This document shows positions 58,225-64,000 of a stretch of 64,000 nucleotides of DNA, one piece after another. The notes beneath the pieces were generated by a model that worked only from the letters and a program-made list of their open reading frames with translations, was not told where the DNA came from and ran no database searches. The translations under genes and the position numbers were made by a program. The stretch is from an uncultured delta proteobacterium (GTDB taxonomy: Bacteria > Desulfobacterota > Binatia > JACPRU01), in NCBI GenBank assembly GCA_963745025.1, contig CAVUWD010000016.1:256001-320000 (forward strand), in the 5' to 3' direction. Numbering within the stretch: position 1 is the stretch's first letter; each line of letters begins with the position of its first letter.

Positions 58225-59667
58225 TCAGGTGGTTTCCCCGAGTTTCGGCTCGATCGGGCTCGCGGACGCCGCTGGCGTGCGTAGCGAAGCGGCGCGTGGC
58301 AAGCGGAACCGGAAGGTGGATCCTCGCTCCGGAACGCTCTCGACCTCGAGGCGGCCACCGTGACGCGCGATCAGATCCCTGCAAACCAGGAGCCCGAGTC
58401 CGGTCCCGGGCTCCCCGCTCGTACCCGGTGTCGAGCGTTGACCGGAACCGTCGAAGAGATGCTCGAGCGCCCCGGGCGCGATCCCGACGCCGTTGTCGAT
58501 GACTTCGATGACGACGGACTCGGCTTCGGCGCGGGCGCGGACGTCGACGTGCCCGCCGGGGTAGGTGAACTTGACTCCGTTGCCGATCAGGTTGCGCAGA
58601 ATCGCTTCGAGCATGACCGCGTCTGCCGAGACCGCGAGGCCGGCGACGTTGCTCTGAACGCGCACGCCCTTCGTCGCCGCGGTCGGGGCGATGTCGTCGA
58701 TGGCCCGTCGCACGTGCTCCGCGAGGTCCTGCGGCGCCGGCGCGAAGCTCACTCGATTCATCTGCAGCCTCGTCCAGTGGAGCAGGTTTTCGAGCAGGCG
58801 AAAGACCCGCCTGCCGCTTTCGTGCATCGCTCGGCTGTAGCGTTCTACCTCGTCCGCGCTGAGATCGTGTGCCTCCTCGGCGAGCATGCTGGAATACCCG
58901 AGCAGCACGTTGAACGGGCCGCGGAGATCGTGCGCGATGATCGAGAACAGCCGGTCCTTCTGTTCTTCGGACGCCTTACGCCGCTTGACTTCGAGCTCGA
59001 GCGTGGCGTTGGCACGCTGCTCCTCGAGGATCTTCGTGTAGTCCATTCGGCGAAGCGCATGCAGGTGCGATGCGAGGAGCATGCCGAGCGCGTTCGCCAA
59101 GGCGAGAAACATGGTGCGGGAGACCATCTGGCCGGCGGATGTCGTGCCGACCAGAGCTGGCAACGAAAGGTCGACCGCCGCACTCATCCAGCCGACGGCG
59201 AGCTTCGCTCGAAAACGGTTCGGCAGGAAGAGGTAGACACCCGCCACCATGACCATTTGCGAGGCCAGCAGGAACTCGTCGCGGCGGAGCTCCGGCGGTC
59301 CGTGTTCGATGATTCCGAAAATCACGAAGGAGCCGAGCTCGACGGCGATCGCGAACAGGATCGAGATGCGGTCCATCGTAGCCGGATCTTGGACGGTGCG
59401 GAGCCGGCGGAAGCAAGCGATGCCGGCGAGCAACACGGCAGCGCGATCTCCAACGGCCCAGTAGAATTTCGGACCTAGGCCCGCAGCGGCAAAATCGGCG
59501 ATGAAGAAAGAAGCGTAGAGCAACGCAATGGCGAGAACCGTCCCCCGGAAGATGCGTAGATCCTCGGTGAACGCCCAGCGGCGAAATTGTCGTTCTGCGG
59601 CTTCGTCGGGGAACTCGCCGCTCCAGCGATTGACGGCGAAACCGGCACGTTCCTCTTCGGTCGTCAT
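58225..59667 (-). CDS. membrane sensor histidine kinase (orphan in this window)
   Basis: TMs; AHDLRGP, NLIGNGVKF, DNGVG, GTGLGL. Confidence 0.92.
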   Translation of the reverse strand: MTTEEERAGFAVNRWSGEFPDEAAERQFRRWAFTEDLRIFRGTVLAIALLYASFFIADFAAAGLGPKFYWAVGDRAAVLLAGIACFRRLRTVQDPATMDRISILFAIAVELGSFVIFGIIEHGPPELRRDEFLLASQMVMVAGVYLFLPNRFRAKLAVGWMSAAVDLSLPALVGTTSAGQMVSRTMFLALANALGMLLASHLHALRRMDYTKILEEQRANATLELEVKRRKASEEQKDRLFSIIAHDLRGPFNVLLGYSSMLAEEAHDLSADEVERYSRAMHESGRRVFRLLENLLHWTRLQMNRVSFAPAPQDLAEHVRRAIDDIAPTAATKGVRVQSNVAGLAVSADAVMLEAILRNLIGNGVKFTYPGGHVDVRARAEAESVVIEVIDNGVGIAPGALEHLFDGSGQRSTPGTSGEPGTGLGLLVCRDLIARHGGRLEVESVPERGSTFRFRLPRAASLRTPAASASPIEPKLGETT

Positions 59668-59812
59668 GCTATACCCGAGCGCAATGTAGCATGGAGAACA
59701 CAGCGACAAGGAGAAGCCCCGAACGCCGTGGTTCGGGTCGGTCGAAATTCGCGGCGCCCGGCAGGAAAGCGCGTTGCGAACGGTAGCCGCCAACGGCTAG
59801 TCTGAAGCGGTC

Positions 59813-61549
59813 ATGGCGGATCCCATTAGTTCCGGGACGGGTATGGAAAGGGCCGCTCCGCCGCGGCTCGGGGAGCTGCTGGTCAAGCGCGGGATCATCA
59901 CCGCCGACCAACTGATCGCGGTGGCGACCGAGCAGCGCAAACACGGCGGGCATTTCGCCGCCGCCCTGGTCCGACTCGGCGTCATCTCCGAGGACCACCT
60001 CATCACCTGTCTCCACCAGGAATACCGGCTCGCGGTCATCGATCCGATGAGTGCCGAGCCGAGCCCCGACGTGCTGCATCTGATTCCACATGTCCTGGCT
60101 CGCAAGCACGAGATTCTGCCGATCGGCTTGTTGGGCTCGACGCTCACTCTGGCGATGGCAGATCCCTCCAACATCGCGGGCCTGAACGAAGTGAAATTTC
60201 TCACCGGGTGCGACGTCAAGGTGGTTCTGGCCGCGCCCCGCGCCATCGAGAAGGCCATTCAGAAGCATTACAGCCTGAGCGCGAAGGCCTACGAGGAGGT
60301 GTTCGCCAGGCTCGAAGTCGACAAGCCCGCTCGCGGCGAGATCGACCGCGACCAGCTGCAGCGCGCGAGCGAGGAGGCGCCGGTCGTCAAGCTGCTCTCC
60401 ACGCTGATGGCGGACGCCATCGACAAGCAAGCGAGCGACATTCACCTGGAGCCGTACGAAGGGCGACTCCGCGTACGCTTCCGCGTCGACGGCGTGCTGC
60501 AAGAGATCATGGAGCCGCCGACCCGGCTGAAGGCGGCCCTCGTTTCCCGCATCAAGGTGATGGCGGCGCTCGACATCGCCGAGCGCCGGCTGCCCCAGGA
60601 CGGCGTCATCAAGCTCAATGCGAGCGACGGTCGGGAGATCAATTTCCGTGTGTCGATCCTGCCGACGGTCTTCGGCGAGAAGGTCGTGCTTCGGCTTCTC
60701 GCCAAGGGCAATCTCGAGCTCGACCTGACGAAGCTCGGCATGGATGCGCGCTCCTACGATCTCTTCAAGAAGGCGATCTCCGAGCCTTCCGGAATGGTGC
60801 TGGTGACCGGCCCAACGGGAAGCGGCAAGACGACGACCCTCTACTCGGCGCTGGCGGCGCTCAACAAGGCCGAGCGCAACATTTCGTCCGCCGAAGACCC
60901 GGTCGAGATCTATCTCGACGGTGTGAACCAGGTGCAGATCATGGAGGAGATCGGCCTCACGTTCGCCGCCGTGCTGCGCTCGTTTTTGCGCCAGGATCCG
61001 GACGTCCTGATGGTCGGAGAGATTCGCGACTTCGAGACGATCGAGATCGCCATCAAGGCGGCCTTGACCGGCCACCTCGTGCTTTCGACGCTCCATACGA
61101 ACGACGCGGCGGCGACCGTGGGCCGTATGCTCAACATGGGGGTGGACCCGTTCCTGGTCGCGTCGTCTCTGAATCTCGTCGTCGCACAGCGGCTCGCCCG
61201 CGTGATCTGTCGTCACTGCAAGGCCCTCGTCGAGGACTATCCGGTCGAGGCGCTTCGGGACGTCGGGTTGCGCGAGGAAGATCTCGGGTCGCTGAAAATT
61301 TATCGAGGTCGCGGATGCGACGAGTGCGCCAAGACCGGCTACCAGGGGCGACTCGCGTTCTACGAGGTGCTGGCCATGAACGACGAGATGCGGGCGCTGG
61401 TGATCGCGCGTGCGAGCACCGACGATATTCGCAAACATGCGATCGTCGCGGGCATGACCACGCTTCGCGAGGGCGGGCTCGCCAAGGTTCGCGCAGGACG
61501 GACCACGATCGAGGAAGTCTTGCGCGTCACGGCGTCGGAGACGCACTAG
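59813..61549 (+). CDS. pilB: type IV pilus assembly ATPase (PilB/GspE)
   Basis: RLGELL MshEN-like N-terminus; ASDIHLEP, GPTGSGKTT, EDPVE, RQDPD..GEIRD, CxxC..CxxC. Confidence 0.93.
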   Translation: MADPISSGTGMERAAPPRLGELLVKRGIITADQLIAVATEQRKHGGHFAAALVRLGVISEDHLITCLHQEYRLAVIDPMSAEPSPDVLHLIPHVLARKHEILPIGLLGSTLTLAMADPSNIAGLNEVKFLTGCDVKVVLAAPRAIEKAIQKHYSLSAKAYEEVFARLEVDKPARGEIDRDQLQRASEEAPVVKLLSTLMADAIDKQASDIHLEPYEGRLRVRFRVDGVLQEIMEPPTRLKAALVSRIKVMAALDIAERRLPQDGVIKLNASDGREINFRVSILPTVFGEKVVLRLLAKGNLELDLTKLGMDARSYDLFKKAISEPSGMVLVTGPTGSGKTTTLYSALAALNKAERNISSAEDPVEIYLDGVNQVQIMEEIGLTFAAVLRSFLRQDPDVLMVGEIRDFETIEIAIKAALTGHLVLSTLHTNDAAATVGRMLNMGVDPFLVASSLNLVVAQRLARVICRHCKALVEDYPVEALRDVGLREEDLGSLKIYRGRGCDECAKTGYQGRLAFYEVLAMNDEMRALVIARASTDDIRKHAIVAGMTTLREGGLAKVRAGRTTIEEVLRVTASETH

Positions 61550-61614
61550 GCGATTCAGCGGCCGGCGTCAGCGCGCTGCCCAAGGCGTCGTCCGTGTGAA
61601 CGACATGCACGTCA

Positions 61615-61632
61615 TGGACACTTTTTGGACAC
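61615..61632 (+). repeat. integrase arm-type direct repeat, 5' of the tRNA
   Basis: TGGACAC-tttt-TGGACAC, 11-bp period. Confidence 0.6.
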
Positions 61633-61663
61633 CCTCACACCGCATTGACCAAGCGGTCCTCAG

Positions 61664-61676
61664 CAAGTATTTGATT
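61664..61676 (-). promoter_or_regulatory. IHF binding site
   Basis: AATCAAATACTTG matches WATCAANNNNTTR exactly. Confidence 0.65.
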
Positions 61677-61684
61677 TTCCTCAC

Positions 61685-61768
61685 GCGAGAGTGGCGGAAC
61701 TGGCAGACGCGCAAGACTCAGGATCTTGTGGGGTAACACCTGTGGGGGTTCAAATCCCCCCTCTCGCA
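61685..61768 (+). tRNA. tRNA-Leu(CAG), CCA not encoded
   Basis: Acceptor GCGAGAG/CTCTCGC+A; anticodon stem CAAGA/TCTTG with loop CTCAGGA; long variable arm; GGGGG-TTCAAAT-CCCCC T arm. Confidence 0.97.
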
Positions 61769-61777
61769 TTAAGTTTT

Positions 61778-62885
61778 TCAATTCATGTACCCCTCGGCGG
61801 AGTCGAAAGTCTCCAAAATGTCTCCACGAGCGTCGGGAAGTGTTGGCGTGAGGAGTTCTCTTGCGAGATGTCCGGCGCCTTCGCTCTTCTGGTTCCGGTA
61901 CCAGTGCGCGTAGACGGTGCGCGTGACGCTCGCGTCCTTGTGGCCGAGGGCGTAGGCGACTTCGGTGTCTGGCTTACCGGCGGCGATCATTGAGCTTGCG
62001 GCGGTGTGTCTGAGGGCCTTGATATCACGCTTTGGGACTGAAGCCTTGGTCTGAGTCGCGTGGAGGTGGTCGAGGACGGTCTCGCGGCGCATGGGCTCGC
62101 CGGCCTGGTTCGGGAAGACGAGGCCGTGGGGGCTTTCGGGGCATTCGGCTTTCCAGAGCTTCAATTCGAGGACGAGCTCAGGGGGTAGCTTCACGTCGCG
62201 GATGCCGGCGCGGGTTTTGGGAGGCTTGAAGCTGAAGCGGGGCCGGTCGGCGCTTGCGATGCGCGGGTCCTTGGCGTTGGTGAGCGAGCGGCGAATGCGC
62301 ACGTAGGGGGTTTCGGCGTCGAGCATGAGGTCTTGCCACTGGAGCGCGAGCATCTCGGAATGCCGCGGGCCGAGGAGGGCTCCGACGAGGAAGAGGCACG
62401 GTATTTCCGGGAGTGCTCGGCGTCGAGGAGCCTTCGGAGCTCGGCGGTCGGGTAGATGTCCTCTTCGGTGACGACGGAATCGTCCTCATTGAGGTCGGCG
62501 GGGTTTTGGCGGAGGCGCTCGGCGAGCTCGAAGGGGTTGAGCCTCACGAACTGGCGGCGCATGGCGAAGTCGAAGACGGCGGTGCCTGTGGTGAGGACCT
62601 TGTTGACGGTTTTCGGGGCGAGTCCGGCGGCGTGGATCCGGTCGCGCAGCCGCTCGGCGGCAGCGACGTTGATTCGGTCGATGCGCGCGTCTCCGAGGAT
62701 CGGAATCAGGTATTTGTCGAGGTGAATGCGCCAGTAGAGGACGCTTCCGGCGGCGTGGGTGCGCTTTCCGGCGAGCCAATCCTCGCAGATTTCGGCGAAG
62801 CGGGGGAGGCGTCTCGAGTCGACGAAACCGCCGTTGTCGCTCTCGGTTTTCGCGTCGCGTTCGAAGCGTTCGGCCTGGGTGAAGC
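61778..62885 (-). pseudogene. tyrosine integrase, frameshifted near 62395 and 5'-truncated
   Basis: Core-binding region (HLDKYLIPILG..LAPKTVNK), then GPRHSEMLALQW, PKT, KALRH, LGH, VYAH; converges on the tRNA 3' end. Confidence 0.88.
61809..61826 (-). repeat. integrase arm-type direct repeat, 3' of the tRNA (inside the int 3' end)
   Basis: TGGAGAC-attt-TGGAGAC on the minus strand, 11-bp period. Confidence 0.6.
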
Positions 62886-62889
62886 GGCA

Positions 62890-63106
62890 GGGGCGGTCAA
62901 AGCCTCTCATTGAGCGCATCGGGGGTGACGACCTCCATCGGAAGTCGGGCCGATGGTACAAGAAGGAGCGCGTCATCGATCAGGAGAAGGACCGCTATCG
63001 AGAGCGCATCACAGATCCTGAAACCGGTGAGGTGATCCGCGACGTGGACGAACCATTGACCGCGCATCGCGGGCACGACTCTGCTAAGAGGCCGAAGCCA
63101 AAGTGA
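62890..63106 (+). pseudogene. 3' part of a hypothetical gene lacking a start
   Basis: GDDLHRKSGRW..ERVID..DRYRERITDPETGEVI..DEPL..HRGH; the upstream frame is only integrase antisense. Confidence 0.5.
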
Positions 63107-63191
63107 CAGGGAGCGTGAGCAGCCTGCTGCACGTCGCGAAATAAGCGGTGCCACCAGGTGCGCGGGAGATGAGAGGAGCGCGAACACTCCG

Positions 63192-64000
63192 ATGAGATTC
63201 GCTGTTGCCTTCCTGGCACTGCTCCTCGTGCTTCCCGCTTCATGCGAGCAGGCACCCGAACGCGCGCCTGATGCGGCGACCCGGGAGCGTCAGAGGCGAA
63301 TCGACGAAGCGTTTAAGCGAGCAGCCGACCCCGTACCGCAGGCAGAGCATGACTGGATAAACGAGTGGAAATACCTTCAGGGGGAGTGGCAGGCTGCGAA
63401 ATCGAATGAACTGGCTCGGCGCGATGTGGGGGCTCAGGCCAGACGCTTTTTCGAAAGGAAGCAGGAGATCGTGGGATGGGTGGGCACGGTAGACCGCGTC
63501 ACGATTGGGGCGACCGGCGCTGTCTGGGCCTACGCCAAGTACGCGGGGAGCACATTCGAGATTCGCATGTCGGATTCTGACGCAGGGGCGCCACCACCCG
63601 CCTTCGCAAGGCTCCAAAAGGGTGACGCGGTCCGGTTTAGCGGCAAGATAGGGATGGAAGGCTCGTGGACGATTAGCGGAGCGCTCGAAGAGCCGGAGAT
63701 GATTGTGGTGGCAACGCGGATAGCCTGGCCAGGCTATGAGGTCGTGGCAGCCGCTAGCGCCAGCCCTCTCGCGACAGCCCGGCCCGACGCGGCGGTGGCA
63801 GCCCAGGAACAGGAACAGCAGGCGAAGGTCACGGCATGGGAGAAGCGGACTGATGAGCTGCGAAAGGGCGTCAGCATAGAAAACCTCCGGCTCGTAAGAG
63901 CGAGAGACTCAAAGGGTGGCGAGAGCGTCGCTGTGCTCGGGCGGGCAGTTAACCACAACGGCGTGGCGCTTTCGGACCTCGCGATCCACTTGGCGCTGAG
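63192..64000 (+). CDS. hypothetical lipoprotein (island cargo), runs off the window end
   Basis: Manual translation MRFAVAFLALLLVLPASC.. open to 64000; GAGGAG upstream; OB-fold-like WVGTV..LQKGDAVRFSG. Confidence 0.75.
   Translation, partial: MRFAVAFLALLLVLPASCEQAPERAPDAATRERQRRIDEAFKRAADPVPQAEHDWINEWKYLQGEWQAAKSNELARRDVGAQARRFFERKQEIVGWVGTVDRVTIGATGAVWAYAKYAGSTFEIRMSDSDAGAPPPAFARLQKGDAVRFSGKIGMEGSWTISGALEEPEMIVVATRIAWPGYEVVAAASASPLATARPDAAVAAQEQEQQAKVTAWEKRTDELRKGVSIENLRLVRARDSKGGESVAVLGRAVNHNGVALSDLAIHLAL

Larger units (their letters stand above)
61769..64000. mobile_element. integrative element/genomic island at tRNA-Leu (left part only)
   Basis: Integrase abutting the tRNA 3' end, arm repeats, cargo with codon usage unlike the host. 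Confidence 0.75.

Noticed and set aside
59669-61546. 625-aa minus-strand ORF
   Set aside because: Antisense shadow of pilB.
61691-61993. 100-aa ORF starting in the tRNA
   Set aside because: Translation of the tRNA and integrase antisense.
1-64000. CRISPR array, rRNA, IS transposase, retron or defence genes
   Set aside because: No repeat-spacer array, rRNA-like segment or such protein motifs seen by eye.

Overview
High-GC bacterial chromosome segment. The gene content (carD, Ser/Thr kinases, cofC, tandem acyl-CoA dehydrogenases, Myxococcota/Desulfobacterota-style pilB) suggests a Deltaproteobacteria-like lineage such as Ca. Binatia; this is inference only. About 1-46.8 kb is mostly intact housekeeping, envelope and lipid genes: kinase/PP2C/O-antigen ligase/ggt operon, ArgA-like plus type II PanK-like genes, ADP-forming acyl-CoA ligase, Slt, maf-yggS-proC-yggT, lnt, ACAD pair, ileS-lspA, cofC, rsmD-coaD, dacA, two FabH-like genes, pyrD, carD, glyA and a ZIP transporter. 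About 46.8-61.6 kb looks accessory and partly degraded: an RND efflux operon with many frameshifts, gene remnants, a GH18-deacetylase-GT2 gene, an orphan histidine kinase and an orphan pilB. It ends at tRNA-Leu(CAG), followed by a broken tyrosine integrase and island cargo that runs off the window. Most notable: arm-type repeats on both sides of the tRNA plus a perfect IHF site on its 5' side, a Nudix-AMMECR1 fusion, an in-frame YggS-ProC fusion, an archaeal-type SHMT near cofC, a degenerate FabH partner, a CxxC-bearing OprI/Lpp-like lipoprotein, and several deletion scars. All calls were read by eye from motifs; no database searches were run.
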